This document shows, in pieces, positions 45,877 to 56,003 of a DNA stretch of 64,000 nucleotides (position 1 is the stretch's first letter; every line of letters begins with the position of its first letter). The DNA lies in sequence record OZ035799.1; one strand, given 5' to 3'. The position numbers and the translations under genes were made by a program. The DNA comes from Justusliebigvirus alia. Below the pieces are notes generated by a model. It was not told the origin of the DNA. It made no database searches and was given only the letters and a program-made list of their open reading frames with translations.

Positions 45877-46907
45877 TGTTCCTCCTGCTCTGAAATATAT
45901 GCTTGTAGCATACTTTCAAAAGTTGTTTCATCATTCGCCCAACGTTTCATATATACCAACTGAAAAATTGTCTCTATCCATTCATCAGTTGTCATTTCTA
46001 CTTCTTCACCATCCCAAGAAGTAAATTTAACGCCATCTGGGAACCATTCGTAATACTGATCTTTAACTGTCTGAAAAAGTTCAGCCTGTGTTTTACATTT
46101 GGAAATAAGATTAAAGCAAGTAATATCTCCAAACTTAACATCGAAATCTTGGTAAGGTCGAATACTATCTGTCTTATCGCCCATTAGCATTTGATAGGCT
46201 AACCAGTAACTACCCCAGCCCTTAATTTCTTTTTTCTTACCTTTTTCTACGATCCAGATATCACCGATAGATTCATCAATCAGAATAATACAAGGATTTT
46301 TATAAACACCATCCTCTTTATAAAAGTTAAAGAGTAAACTTGGTGTGTGCAAGCTATCTTTGTCGATAGACGCTACAATATGAGAAAACTTACCAGTTTC
46401 CTTGTAGGCTTTATACCCTGCATATCCATAGATTTCTAAAGCATCATCTGCCTCAATACCAGTAACAACGTCACCGTTATGTTTTTCAACTAGATAATCT
46501 TTAGTATCTGATAAATGGATTGGTCTTAAATCTGATCGTTCTGATTTATATTCTTTTGGCATTTTGAAAGAATGCCGGAAGGTTTTTCCTACCCCGATGA
46601 CACCGCAATACTTTTGAAGTTTTAGGTGATCCATCATCTGGGTTATTTTTGTCTTTGCAGCTTGAAACGTAAAAGAAATATTATCTGGGACTATTTGAAC
46701 ATCTTTTATTTCAAAATCTTCTCTAGAGAACAACTTCTTACCAGCAGCTTCGCGTTGCGCGTTAAGTGCTCCTAACCATCCTCCAATATTTTTTGAAGAT
46801 TTACCCCAAAAATCTGTTCTTGTTTCAAACTCTTTTACATTACCGGAAGCCTTGTGTACAGCGTGGATTTTTCTTTGTTCTAAAGCTGAAGATGCTTGGA
46901 ACGCCAC
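45873..46907 (-). CDS. FEN-family 5-prime-3-prime exonuclease / RNase H
   Basis: motifs IEADDALEIY, IDKDSL, MLMGDKTDSIRP resembling T4 RNase H. Confidence 0.65.
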   Translation of the reverse strand: MAFQASSALEQRKIHAVHKASGNVKEFETRTDFWGKSSKNIGGWLGALNAQREAAGKKLFSREDFEIKDVQIVPDNISFTFQAAKTKITQMMDHLKLQKYCGVIGVGKTFRHSFKMPKEYKSERSDLRPIHLSDTKDYLVEKHNGDVVTGIEADDALEIYGYAGYKAYKETGKFSHIVASIDKDSLHTPSLLFNFYKEDGVYKNPCIILIDESIGDIWIVEKGKKKEIKGWGSYWLAYQMLMGDKTDSIRPYQDFDVKFGDITCFNLISKCKTQAELFQTVKDQYYEWFPDGVKFTSWDGEEVEMTTDEWIETIFQLVYMKRWANDETTFESMLQAYISEQEEH

Positions 46908-46999
46908 TTGATCGTAGTCTATTGCAAGAATTGTGTTCTCGTCAACATATTTGTGCAGGTCTTCCGGTTGGATTAAAATGTAACCGCTAATATTACCTC

Positions 47000-47212
47000 C
47001 TATTCATCATCTGAACTCTCTGTTGAGAATGTTCGTGTGTAGGGACACTGACGACTTGCAGAAACCTCTATAACCTTGTCGTACATACCGTTAGAGTAAA
47101 AACAGTATTTTGTACTTCCAGAAACTTGTTCTCCAGAATTAATTAAAGTTATTTGACCAGCATAAGAATAAGAACTGATTACTAAAAGTAAACCGACAAG
47201 AAGTTTTTTCAT
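47000..47212 (-). CDS. small secreted protein with signal peptide (70 aa)
   Basis: MKKLLVGLLLVISSYSYA signal-like N-terminus, two Cys. Confidence 0.5.
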   Translation of the reverse strand: MKKLLVGLLLVISSYSYAGQITLINSGEQVSGSTKYCFYSNGMYDKVIEVSASRQCPYTRTFSTESSDDE

Positions 47213-47287
47213 TGGTGTGTCTCCTTAAAAGCCCACCTAACTAAGTAGGTAGGCATATTAACACATATTAAATTAGTAAGTCAAGTA

Positions 47288-48172
47288 TTATTTTTGAATA
47301 GTTGACTTAATAAGGTCTTGCATAATACCACGGATTTCATTAAAGCACAGAAGGACAGATGCTTCAAAAGATCCTTCTTCATCGTTAAAGTATTTAGGGA
47401 ATTTAATACCACTCAACTTAAATTCTTTATCAACAATAAAGTTAACGAAACCGTCATATTCCAGGCCAATGGCAACAACGTGCTTACCATCTTCCATAAG
47501 TTCTACTGCACGAGATTCATAAAGGGATTCTTTACTCCATACAACCACACCTTCAGAATCTTCAAGTTTAATATAATTACCAAGGGTCAGTCGTTCAGCC
47601 TCATGTTCTTCTAAGATGGTATCAAAACCTTTAATAATGGCTTCTTCGTGTACACTAAACGGCAGGACTGGGAAAGTACCCAACACCTCACGAAGAAACA
47701 CAGCAATATCTTCACTAATTTTCTTAGTACCATTAAGAACGTAGGTAATACTGTTTTCAGTGTCTACAACAACATAGTTATAGAAATCATCTGCCTCTGT
47801 TTCTGGGAGCAGAGAAAACACGATATCAGCCTCAATTGCTTTTTTACTTTCTTTGTCCAAGAAGAATTCTTTAGTAGGATTTGCAGCAATAAACTCTTGT
47901 TCCATCTCTTGGAGTTTTTCATTAAGAATGCGTTTAACTTTTTTCTTGTTAACTTTTTTAACAGATTGCCCTACTTTAATAACCTCTAAACCAGAGAACA
48001 CTTTTACATAGGAACCATCATCTTCAAAACGAACAAGACCAATGGTATGTGCTTGTTGACCCTGTGCCACAACAAAATCCAGCGGTTTGTCTGTTACTGT
48101 GTTCAGTGCGGAAATAGACAGACCATCACCAGAAATCAGGGTTACGCAAGATTTGAAATTTTTAGCAAACAT
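47288..48172 (-). CDS. RdgC-like recombination-associated protein
   Basis: about 300 aa; GTFPVLPFSV resembles RdgC GSLPVVPLSM. Confidence 0.55.
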   Translation of the reverse strand: MFAKNFKSCVTLISGDGLSISALNTVTDKPLDFVVAQGQQAHTIGLVRFEDDGSYVKVFSGLEVIKVGQSVKKVNKKKVKRILNEKLQEMEQEFIAANPTKEFFLDKESKKAIEADIVFSLLPETEADDFYNYVVVDTENSITYVLNGTKKISEDIAVFLREVLGTFPVLPFSVHEEAIIKGFDTILEEHEAERLTLGNYIKLEDSEGVVVWSKESLYESRAVELMEDGKHVVAIGLEYDGFVNFIVDKEFKLSGIKFPKYFNDEEGSFEASVLLCFNEIRGIMQDLIKSTIQK

Positions 48173-48182
48173 AGTTTTCTCC

Positions 48183-48461
48183 TCAAATAATAACTACAAA
48201 ATATTTTACACCATCATATTCGACAATATGATCAGGATATTTAAATCCTTTATAAGATTTACCAAACAGACTAACAGCCTCATTAGCTTTGTTTTGCGGA
48301 TTACTCAGCCACTGTTCTTCTGTGTAAAACTTAAACTCTGTTCTCTTACCTTCTTTTTCTAAACCAACAATTTCCTGTGTGATATCTTCAATACCTGCAT
48401 TCTTCAAGGATTTAATTACCTGACGCAAACCGTGTTTAAAGATATCTTCTGCTGTTAACAT
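48183..48461 (-). CDS. hypothetical protein (92 aa)
   Basis: ORF. Confidence 0.5.
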   Translation of the reverse strand: MLTAEDIFKHGLRQVIKSLKNAGIEDITQEIVGLEKEGKRTEFKFYTEEQWLSNPQNKANEAVSLFGKSYKGFKYPDHIVEYDGVKYFVVII

Positions 48462-48497
48462 AATACCTCCAATAAGCCCCCGAAGGGGCTTTATTTC

Positions 48498-49220
48498 TTA
48501 AGCAATGATTGCTGCGATATTAGGTTTAACAAAGGTAGATGGTTTCATAATTTTACCTTTGTCATCAAAGAATACGTACACCTTTTGAACTTCGTTATAT
48601 ACAGCATGTACCCCAGTATAAGAACCTTCTGCACGATCTTTGCTTCGCATCTCGATAGCATCGCACTCTTTTTCAAGAGCTTCAATAATATCCTTAGTTT
48701 CCCAAATAGCCAGGAGTTGCTTCTTGGTAGGATACTTGGACTCATTGCTATTCAACACTTCACGCATAACCTTCTTCTCGTTATAAACAGAACGCACCAA
48801 AGTATCTCGTGCCATACGGGTAAGTGTAAGAGACATTAAGGCAAATTGCAAGTCATTTTCTACCATTTTATCAAATTCAATGATAACATCGTAAATGTTC
48901 TCTGCCAGAACATCTCCTGTCGGCATTTCCAGAGCTTTATCAACACCTTCTTTACCAAAGAACATAAATGCCAGATAGGATGCTACCACAAAAATATCTG
49001 CTGCTGCATCAAGCAATTCAACGTGATCATTTTCCTGTGCTGCTGCTTGAAACTCTTTAAGTTCTTCTCGTACAAAAGAAAGTTGAGCTTCAAACATCTC
49101 TTGAGTAAATTCTGGAGTTACTCCACCACGTGCCTTAGCATTCCAGGCAACAATTTGATCGGCAGCTTTGATAAAGAAGCTATTGTCCACTTTTACTTGT
49201 TTGAAAAAATTCTCGATCAT
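48498..49220 (-). CDS. MazG-like all-alpha nucleoside-triphosphate pyrophosphohydrolase, putative
   Basis: EELKEF...ELLDAAADIFVV pattern. Confidence 0.4.
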   Translation of the reverse strand: MIENFFKQVKVDNSFFIKAADQIVAWNAKARGGVTPEFTQEMFEAQLSFVREELKEFQAAAQENDHVELLDAAADIFVVASYLAFMFFGKEGVDKALEMPTGDVLAENIYDVIIEFDKMVENDLQFALMSLTLTRMARDTLVRSVYNEKKVMREVLNSNESKYPTKKQLLAIWETKDIIEALEKECDAIEMRSKDRAEGSYTGVHAVYNEVQKVYVFFDDKGKIMKPSTFVKPNIAAIIA

Positions 49221-49229
49221 TGTTTCTCC

Positions 49230-49409
49230 TTATTTAAAATATTGTTCTAACAAAACACTAATGCGAACTACCGATTCGCCCATATACGCCCCAGCACAGA
49301 GGAAAACAACAAATCTACAAAAATTGCAGTACCATTTGTCCACTGGAAACGAGGCTAACATTATAATTGCAATAGCAATTAACATCATAAGAACTGTTAC
49401 TAATACCAT
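49230..49409 (-). CDS. small membrane protein (59 aa)
   Basis: start refined to MVLVTVL with RBS AAGAGG. Confidence 0.45.
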   Translation of the reverse strand: MVLVTVLMMLIAIAIIMLASFPVDKWYCNFCRFVVFLCAGAYMGESVVRISVLLEQYFK

Positions 49410-49417
49410 ATTACCTC

Positions 49418-50533
49418 TTACTCTGCTGGTTCCCAAGTACCTGGAATCATCTTACGTACACGTACCCCAACAGGCTTGGTAGGAATACCTTCGTCTGAAA
49501 ATTCTTCGTACTCTATTTCAACAAATTGACCAATAAGTGTCAAAGCATTTTCTTCTTTACGATAGTTAATGGTTTCATCTGAATCCTTACGCATCAGGAA
49601 TTCGACTACTTTACCATTTTCCATCTCGCCTGTCAATACCCCGTCACCATTTTTATCACGCTTTGCACTTACCACTTTAACTTCAAGCGTCTGACGTGGT
49701 TTACGTTTAATAACATCATAAGAACGTTTATCGAATTCGTAAACACCTTTTGCGTTACGATACACCACACCTTCCGCTTTCTCACGTAGAGCTTTTGCAT
49801 AGAAAGCATCAAACTGTTCTTGGTTTTCAATGTACTCTGTATGTACTACACAAATAAGTTCATCTAAACCTTTATCTTCAACAACTTCTTTTAGAGCAGC
49901 CAAAACTTGAACCCTCTTCTCAAATGGTACAGATGCCACAGGAACATCATATACATAGTATTTAAGAAGCGGTGTGTTAGCATTATGCTTTTTCCACGCA
50001 CTATTAATTTGTTGAAGGCTAAGGATACCTAAACCAGCAAAAACTTCACCGTCAAGAGGATGACCAACTACTTCTTTAATGAAGGTTGGAATTTCTTCCC
50101 AGTGAGGTGGAAGTTTATATACCTCCCCAGCTTTAGATAAACATTCACCTTGCATGTTAATCATTGAACGTAGACCATTCAATTTATATTGTGCATAACC
50201 AGGGAACAAAACACGATCAGCATAATCTTTATAATCCTGACATTTCATGGGTGTGGAAGGAACATGGTTTTCAGCTTCCTCTTTTGTTTTATAGTACCCA
50301 TTCTTAAGTTGCTTTGTCCATTTGGCAAGAGCTTCTATTTCAGCTTGTTCTTCTGCTGTTGTTTCATTTGAGCGACCAATATTTTTAGGTTCTGCCATAT
50401 AAGATTTGCTAGTGATCTTTCCACCTAATTGACCATGAGCAACAGTTACAACACTACCTTCGGTATAGACTGACCACTGTCTAATTTTACCTGTAGAAGT
50501 TTTACCATATAATGTAGGATTAGTTTGTTTCAT
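49418..50533 (-). CDS. ATP-dependent DNA ligase (nucleotidyltransferase with KxNG motif)
   Basis: motif I YKLNGLR; start refined to MKQTNP with RBS GGAGGT. Confidence 0.6.
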   Translation of the reverse strand: MKQTNPTLYGKTSTGKIRQWSVYTEGSVVTVAHGQLGGKITSKSYMAEPKNIGRSNETTAEEQAEIEALAKWTKQLKNGYYKTKEEAENHVPSTPMKCQDYKDYADRVLFPGYAQYKLNGLRSMINMQGECLSKAGEVYKLPPHWEEIPTFIKEVVGHPLDGEVFAGLGILSLQQINSAWKKHNANTPLLKYYVYDVPVASVPFEKRVQVLAALKEVVEDKGLDELICVVHTEYIENQEQFDAFYAKALREKAEGVVYRNAKGVYEFDKRSYDVIKRKPRQTLEVKVVSAKRDKNGDGVLTGEMENGKVVEFLMRKDSDETINYRKEENALTLIGQFVEIEYEEFSDEGIPTKPVGVRVRKMIPGTWEPAE

Positions 50534-50723
50534 CTTTAACCTCCAGTTGCGAAAGAACCCATTTAGCAATTTCAATTTCACCGTGTAGTCTGCCTAGTTC
50601 ATAGGCATCATCAATATTACCACCAGTGTAATCATCCACCATAAAGTAAGGATCTTCACTACTGTTAGGCGCGTTTGCAATTCTCGTTAGTTCTTCAATA
50701 AATGTCATAGTTAACCTTACCAA
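50520..50723 (-). CDS. hypothetical protein (67 aa)
   Basis: ORF. Confidence 0.45.
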   Translation of the reverse strand: MVRLTMTFIEELTRIANAPNSSEDPYFMVDDYTGGNIDDAYELGRLHGEIEIAKWVLSQLEVKDETN

Positions 50724-50941
50724 TTATACACAAGAGTTTGAATTTCTTCCATCAAGTCTTCAAGATCTGTATCAACATATTCAGAAGATGTTGCCATAAA
50801 GTATGTAATCATTGTGAACCCTTCAGAAGAAAGGGCATCAAGAATATCATTAAACATATCTTCCATTTCAGTATTCTCACCAAACGAGAATAACATTTGT
50901 TGATCTTCGCTTACACCTTTAACATAGATAGCTGTGCTCAT
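50717..50941 (-). CDS. hypothetical acidic protein (74 aa)
   Basis: ORF. Confidence 0.45.
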   Translation of the reverse strand: MSTAIYVKGVSEDQQMLFSFGENTEMEDMFNDILDALSSEGFTMITYFMATSSEYVDTDLEDLMEEIQTLVYNW

Positions 50942-50944
50942 ATA

Positions 50945-51265
50945 TTAATCCTTAAGACGTTCATTTAAATCTGCAATAACATCACCTAAATCTTCACATT
51001 CTAGGGTTAACTCTGAAACTTGTCCACTCAAATAACAAACTTCTTCATTTAGATCTGAAATAATGTTTTCTAATGAATCTACTTGGTCATCATATGAACG
51101 TTTTGTTTCTTCAAGTTCTTCCGTAAGATCATTAATCAAATGCAGCAAAGATAAGATATAGCCGTCTCCTGTCTCGTTCCTCCACTCACTTCCGTAGCGA
51201 TAAATAATAATTTCACCATTATCGACTACTGTAAAATACTTACCTTCACCAGAATAAATTTCCAT
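50945..51265 (-). CDS. coiled-coil hypothetical protein (106 aa)
   Basis: heptad-like LxxE repeats. Confidence 0.5.
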   Translation of the reverse strand: MEIYSGEGKYFTVVDNGEIIIYRYGSEWRNETGDGYILSLLHLINDLTEELEETKRSYDDQVDSLENIISDLNEEVCYLSGQVSELTLECEDLGDVIADLNERLKD

Positions 51266-51274
51266 ACACTCTCC

Positions 51275-51679
51275 TTATTGTAGCTTAAGTGAACTGCGAA
51301 GACGTTTTTCTTGCTGATCACGAATATGTTGTGGAACCTCATGAATTGAGTCGTTACCGTGCCTATTTTCAACTACTAAAGAGATAACTTGATAACCAAA
51401 CTCTTCAGCAAGAGTTAAATAAGGTTTAAGTTCTTTCTCTGTGGTTGAAGTGTTAGAGACAATAATCTTTTTAATATTAGATGCCATAGCATCACGAACA
51501 ATACTCTGACACCATGCGTGTGCTTTACCTACATTCTCTGGCTTCCAATCGTAAACACCACTTTCTGTGTAATGATATTGATCTGCCTCACAGATAGGCC
51601 AATAACCTTCAGAAATAATTTCTGCTACTGTAGATTTACCTGCACCTGAAACACCACGTAAGATGATAAGTTGTTTCAT
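51275..51679 (-). CDS. P-loop kinase, polynucleotide 5-prime-kinase-like
   Basis: Walker A GVSGAGKST at N-terminus. Confidence 0.55.
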   Translation of the reverse strand: MKQLIILRGVSGAGKSTVAEIISEGYWPICEADQYHYTESGVYDWKPENVGKAHAWCQSIVRDAMASNIKKIIVSNTSTTEKELKPYLTLAEEFGYQVISLVVENRHGNDSIHEVPQHIRDQQEKRLRSSLKLQ

Positions 51680-52612
51680 TTAGCCTCCAAAGAAGTTTTC
51701 TATTTCTTTACGTCTCTCTTGTGGGTCGAGAGCAGCCCATTGAGCCTTCGTAAATTTATTTCGAAGCCATTCTAGCAAAGTATAATATTCTTCGTCAACA
51801 ATTTGTTTAGCATTGTTTGGGTTGTCCCAAATCATATCCCACTTCTTATTGCCACCACGCATAAGGAATTTCTTAGCAAGATAGTATGGTGACTTAATCT
51901 TTAACAGTAAGTTAAACGGATAGTTTGTTTCACGAACAACAAACCCTTCGTGTTTACAATGTTTAGACATTTCAACAACATCTGAAAATTTAATCATCGG
52001 ATAAACTTCAGGACGTTTAAACTTTGTAATAGATGCAATCCCATCAAGAACACCTTCAGGTAACATGAAACTTGTCCCATCAAGATTTTGAATTCTTGCT
52101 CCAATTAAGTATGCGCCTGGTTCTTCTTCGACAATATGTGGATCAGAAGGATCACAGATTTCAAAAAGAAAAGTTGCTTTTGCACTTTCTGTCCACTTAA
52201 TGAAATACTCTATGTCGTCACACTCGGAAACAATACGGTTCTTTGCCATAATTGCGAAATCTGATTCTAGGCTCCCTGTTGTTGATACAACAAGTTTCCC
52301 TTTGTACACACCTACAGATGCCATAAAACCGTTTACTTTACGGACAGCATCTACAATTTCGTCTGCTGGAAGATCTGTACCATTTTCAAAACGATTAAAG
52401 ATTTTAGTAAAAGGCCAAATAACAACATTGTCTTCTGAGTCAACAACCAACCCACGACAATCTAGAAGTCGTTTGTCAACGTTCCACAAATTATCCCAGA
52501 ATACATTATTTTTGTATTTAAGCACAGCAAGACCAGCATACTCTCCAGATTTAACTTCTTTTTTATGCACTAAACCTTTTGCAATCAGGTCATCACAATT
52601 GAACTTAGCCAC
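51680..52612 (-). CDS. RNA ligase-like nucleotidyltransferase (putative tRNA repair ligase)
   Basis: KxNG motif (RKVNGF); between kinase and phosphoesterase genes. Confidence 0.5.
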   Translation of the reverse strand: MAKFNCDDLIAKGLVHKKEVKSGEYAGLAVLKYKNNVFWDNLWNVDKRLLDCRGLVVDSEDNVVIWPFTKIFNRFENGTDLPADEIVDAVRKVNGFMASVGVYKGKLVVSTTGSLESDFAIMAKNRIVSECDDIEYFIKWTESAKATFLFEICDPSDPHIVEEEPGAYLIGARIQNLDGTSFMLPEGVLDGIASITKFKRPEVYPMIKFSDVVEMSKHCKHEGFVVRETNYPFNLLLKIKSPYYLAKKFLMRGGNKKWDMIWDNPNNAKQIVDEEYYTLLEWLRNKFTKAQWAALDPQERRKEIENFFGG

Positions 52613-52613
52613 C

Positions 52614-53165
52614 TTAATCTCCTTTGATTATCTTATGATGATCTACAACAATAATATCACGCTTATCCATAATAGAGATGATTTCGTCAAAATGCAAGAT
52701 TTTCCCGTGTGCATCCCAACCAACATCCAACATTTTCCCATACAAATGATCAGGGAATGATCCGTGAGAGTGTCCGTGTAGCATGATTGATCCATGCCCT
52801 TGTTTATTCCATGCAGCCATAGGGTAATGGCTTAAGACGAAGAACAGCTTCTGATATTTCACTTCGTCATAATACACAACTTCTCCATACTCTGCAAGCA
52901 CTTTTCTGTGTTTACTATAATCATGGTTCCCAACACAGTAAGTAATATCCCCTTGGAGACGGGAAGCAATCTTACGGGTATCTTCTTCAGTCCCGAAACA
53001 GAAGTCCCCAAGATGGTACATCTTTACTCCTGGTGTTGTGGCACATTTATTCCATGCTTCGATCAGTGCTTCTGTCATATGCTCCATATCTTCCCACGGG
53101 CGATATTCAGGAGCAAACTCTCGGATACGTTTGTGCATAAAATGCAAATCACTTGTAATAAACAT
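52614..53165 (-). CDS. calcineurin-like metallophosphoesterase
   Basis: motifs SDLHF, GDFCFG, GNHDY. Confidence 0.7.
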   Translation of the reverse strand: MFITSDLHFMHKRIREFAPEYRPWEDMEHMTEALIEAWNKCATTPGVKMYHLGDFCFGTEEDTRKIASRLQGDITYCVGNHDYSKHRKVLAEYGEVVYYDEVKYQKLFFVLSHYPMAAWNKQGHGSIMLHGHSHGSFPDHLYGKMLDVGWDAHGKILHFDEIISIMDKRDIIVVDHHKIIKGD

Positions 53166-53527
53166 TAGTATAATCCCTCGCTGAATAGTTCACTGTTGTG
53201 ACCATTTCTTTCGTAGTTAATTTGTTTGGCGTTATCTGCAATGATATAAGCATCTTTGCGACTCCACCAGTTATAATACTGATCAATAAACCCTTGATTA
53301 TCAGGTAAGCAAAACAGTTTATCAATCAATCCTGCATCTTTTAAAACATTAAGTTGTGCAGATAGTACAGGATTTGCATGCCTAACACAAGGAATAATTA
53401 ACTCTTCGCCATTATTGAGAATATACTTATTCGCAGCGCAGACTATAACACGTTGAGCATAGTGATCCTCACCAATCCAAGTAAGAGGTTGGTAACAAAT
53501 ATCATGTTGATTAGTAGCGCACATCAA
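53165..53527 (-). CDS. hypothetical protein (120 aa)
   Basis: ORF. Confidence 0.5.
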   Translation of the reverse strand: MMCATNQHDICYQPLTWIGEDHYAQRVIVCAANKYILNNGEELIIPCVRHANPVLSAQLNVLKDAGLIDKLFCLPDNQGFIDQYYNWWSRKDAYIIADNAKQINYERNGHNSELFSEGLY

Positions 53528-53673
53528 TTTTCTCCGTACTCTTTTAATCTATCAGCGAAAAAACTGTAATCAGGAAGTAAAAGATCATTACTCATATCGT
53601 TACAGTTTTCTTCCTCTTTATAGATAAAACGCCCTTCATCCTCTTCTTGCTCTGACCAAACTGAATAATGCAT
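53524..53673 (-). CDS. small acidic hypothetical protein (49 aa)
   Basis: ORF not in track. Confidence 0.35.
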   Translation of the reverse strand: MHYSVWSEQEEDEGRFIYKEEENCNDMSNDLLLPDYSFFADRLKEYGEN

Positions 53674-53682
53674 AATACCTAC

Positions 53683-54057
53683 TTAATAGTTAACACGTTT
53701 AATTTCAACACCATAGGATGAAATAAAATTTTCCTTAGCTAACATATATTTACTAGCAGCAGAAGGATTTGATGTATGAACATAGATAGTTTTAAGAGCA
53801 TCCCATTCACCTGCGTACAACATACATTCTACGTCTAAGAACGCATGATATCCTTCTTGATCTTCTCCAAGATCATTATCGAAGTGTATCTCTGAGATAT
53901 TATTGAAATTATCTTCATCTGAAACAAAAGATGACCAATCCCCAAAAGATTTTAACCAAATGGCATCCTCATAACCATAATCTTTAGGATCTCTTAAATC
54001 GTCTAACCAAAGAATTTTAGCCACTATCAACCCCCTTCCTGTTTCTCTTCTTTCCAA
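53683..54057 (-). CDS. hypothetical protein (124 aa)
   Basis: ORF. Confidence 0.5.
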   Translation of the reverse strand: MERRETGRGLIVAKILWLDDLRDPKDYGYEDAIWLKSFGDWSSFVSDEDNFNNISEIHFDNDLGEDQEGYHAFLDVECMLYAGEWDALKTIYVHTSNPSAASKYMLAKENFISSYGVEIKRVNY

Positions 54058-54218
54058 GTTTTACCTTTATCTACCAATTGCTTAGAAACAGCAAATCTTT
54101 CTCCATTGACATAAAACAGATAAAGAATAAAGGATTTTCCTATAGTTACAGTATCTACTACTTCTACACGCTTTACACCTTGCATGTATTTGGCTTTACC
54201 TGAATAAATAAGGAACAT
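54027..54218 (-). CDS. hypothetical protein (63 aa)
   Basis: ORF. Confidence 0.4.
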   Translation of the reverse strand: MFLIYSGKAKYMQGVKRVEVVDTVTIGKSFILYLFYVNGERFAVSKQLVDKGKTWKEEKQEGG

Positions 54219-54496
54219 TATTTATTCCTTTTGTTGTTGATCACATCTAAAGCTGTGTAAGGTTTGTTTGTACCGCTGTATTCAAGAATAATTGGTGCAT
54301 GTTCATAGACAAACTCAAAAGTACCATACACAGAATCTGCAACTGAAATAAGCATTTCAGTGTCTTCATCGTTCTTAATTAATGAAAACCTTGCCCCTGG
54401 TTTATTGAGCACTTCATATTTCTTACCTGCTGTCAGCAAACCTGAATACCATTCATTTTGCACAACAGACAAACACTTCAGATAGGTTTTTCTCAT
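54218..54496 (-). CDS. hypothetical protein (92 aa)
   Basis: ORF. Confidence 0.5.
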   Translation of the reverse strand: MRKTYLKCLSVVQNEWYSGLLTAGKKYEVLNKPGARFSLIKNDEDTEMLISVADSVYGTFEFVYEHAPIILEYSGTNKPYTALDVINNKRNK

Positions 54497-54834
54497 TTCT
54501 TTTTGCTCCTTCTTTTAGGCTTCTCGTATAAACCTAACACAGCAGACTCTTTTGCACAGATAGGAACTGACTTCATTCCTCGTTTTTTGGCTTCTGGTAG
54601 ATTCAAAACCCACCAGCCAAACCAATACAATTCATCTTCTGTGAAAGGATCTGCCATAGGATCTGCATCACGTTCTTCAAATCTAGCAAGAGCTTCTTCT
54701 ATCTTCTCTATTGGAGTATCAAAGACAAAAGCCTCTGTGTCAAATTTTTGTTTCTTAGGAGAGGCTTTTGCCGCCCCATCTTTAGATGCGCGCTTTGTTA
54801 CGGATCGCTTCTTCGGTGTTTTCGCCATCAACAA
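54493..54834 (-). CDS. lysine-rich basic protein (113 aa), possible nucleic-acid binding
   Basis: KKR-rich N- and C-termini. Confidence 0.5.
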   Translation of the reverse strand: MLMAKTPKKRSVTKRASKDGAAKASPKKQKFDTEAFVFDTPIEKIEEALARFEERDADPMADPFTEDELYWFGWWVLNLPEAKKRGMKSVPICAKESAVLGLYEKPKRRSKKK

Positions 54835-55021
54835 CCTCCATACGGTGTAAGAAATCTTGCTGGAATCGCCAATACTGTTGACCAGTCCTTACATCTTCGT
54901 AGATCACAACAGGATCAAATACTTTAGATACACCCGCTGGTTTAGGAAAGCCAACTACACGATATAAACCACCTTTGCTAATACAAGAATATGTTACATC
55001 AGTTAAAATTTCTTTTTTCAT
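54782..55021 (-). CDS. hypothetical protein (79 aa)
   Basis: ORF, overlaps neighbour by about 50 nt. Confidence 0.4.
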   Translation of the reverse strand: MKKEILTDVTYSCISKGGLYRVVGFPKPAGVSKVFDPVVIYEDVRTGQQYWRFQQDFLHRMEVVDGENTEEAIRNKARI

Positions 55022-55215
55022 TTTTTAATAAACTCCAAAACAGGTACGTGATCAGCAGTCAAAGTTACACAATTGTAACTTACCTTTTCAACTTCAGAGA
55101 ATGCTTCAACCCAAAGCAAGAAATTCTCTTTAGCTTCTTCATAATTCAATGTTGACTTAACAACATGGAACTCACCAAGAATTACTCTATAGATTGTTTG
55201 CATAGTTTGATTCAT
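55018..55215 (-). CDS. hypothetical protein (65 aa)
   Basis: ORF. Confidence 0.45.
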   Translation of the reverse strand: MNQTMQTIYRVILGEFHVVKSTLNYEEAKENFLLWVEAFSEVEKVSYNCVTLTADHVPVLEFIKK

Positions 55216-55281
55216 TTCTTTTTCCTTTGTTTAAAATGTGTTAAACAATCGCAAATGCTTGTGACGCACTTTGTGATCCCA

Positions 55282-55650
55282 CTAATTAACGTCAGCACTA
55301 TGATTGTTGAGAGTATAGGATACTCCATCGCCCAAGTCAACATGAATCTCAACTCCTAACTGTCTTTCTAATGGTAAACGTTTTGAGAATTGATAATTAC
55401 AAAGTTTACAATCTAAGTCAAGCAACTCATGTTTGCTTAAACCTGGGATGATAACTTTGCTTCCCACTGTCCACTCAATACCTTCAAAGTTATCTCTTCT
55501 TTTCAAAATGTCAAGTAAGAAGATGATTTGTTGCCATTCCGTAGACAAGTCTTCTTCGTAGAACGCAGAACAAAAAGTTTTATCATCGTAGAAAGCATAC
55601 ATTATGCCTCCATCTACTGTTTCACTTCTAACGTAACGTGTGACCCTCAT
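55282..55650 (-). CDS. hypothetical protein (122 aa), first gene of minus-strand block
   Basis: ORF with RBS GGAGGGAATA. Confidence 0.55.
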   Translation of the reverse strand: MRVTRYVRSETVDGGIMYAFYDDKTFCSAFYEEDLSTEWQQIIFLLDILKRRDNFEGIEWTVGSKVIIPGLSKHELLDLDCKLCNYQFSKRLPLERQLGVEIHVDLGDGVSYTLNNHSADVN

Positions 55651-55671
55651 TATTCCCTCCTGTACGGCTCT

Positions 55672-55732
55672 GTAACGAGTTAATAGCCTTTAAGATATGC
55701 AATCACCTTACCTCACAGTAAAACTCGTTACA
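55672..55732. repeat. 10-bp inverted repeat GTAACGAGTT / AACTCGTTAC separated by about 40 bp in divergent promoter region
   Basis: seen directly. Confidence 0.5.
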
Positions 55733-56003
55733 ATCGTTTTTAGGAGGTTTAGGTTGTACTTAAAAATAATCCAAAAAGGTGTTGACAAACGCAAAAAAGT
55801 ATGCTACCCTAACCCCCGAAAAACGCCGAGCGCAGCGAGGGGGTGTTATCTAATCTTGTGATACATGATCTAACAGACAACTGAGTAGTCTACATATAGC
55901 ACTATGTTATGTCTATAATACTAACATACATGCTCTATACTAACAATAGATTCTTTATTAATTTTATTATTAATTAAATAATAAATTAAATAATAAATAT
56001 CTA

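Noticed and set aside
47318-49482. Plus-strand ORFs 47318..47614, 47648..47989, 48087..48362, 48585..48839, 48846..49250, 49168..49482
   Set aside because: Antisense to the RdgC-like, MazG-like and neighbouring minus-strand genes. Phe/Asn/Lys-rich translations are typical of AT-rich antisense frames.
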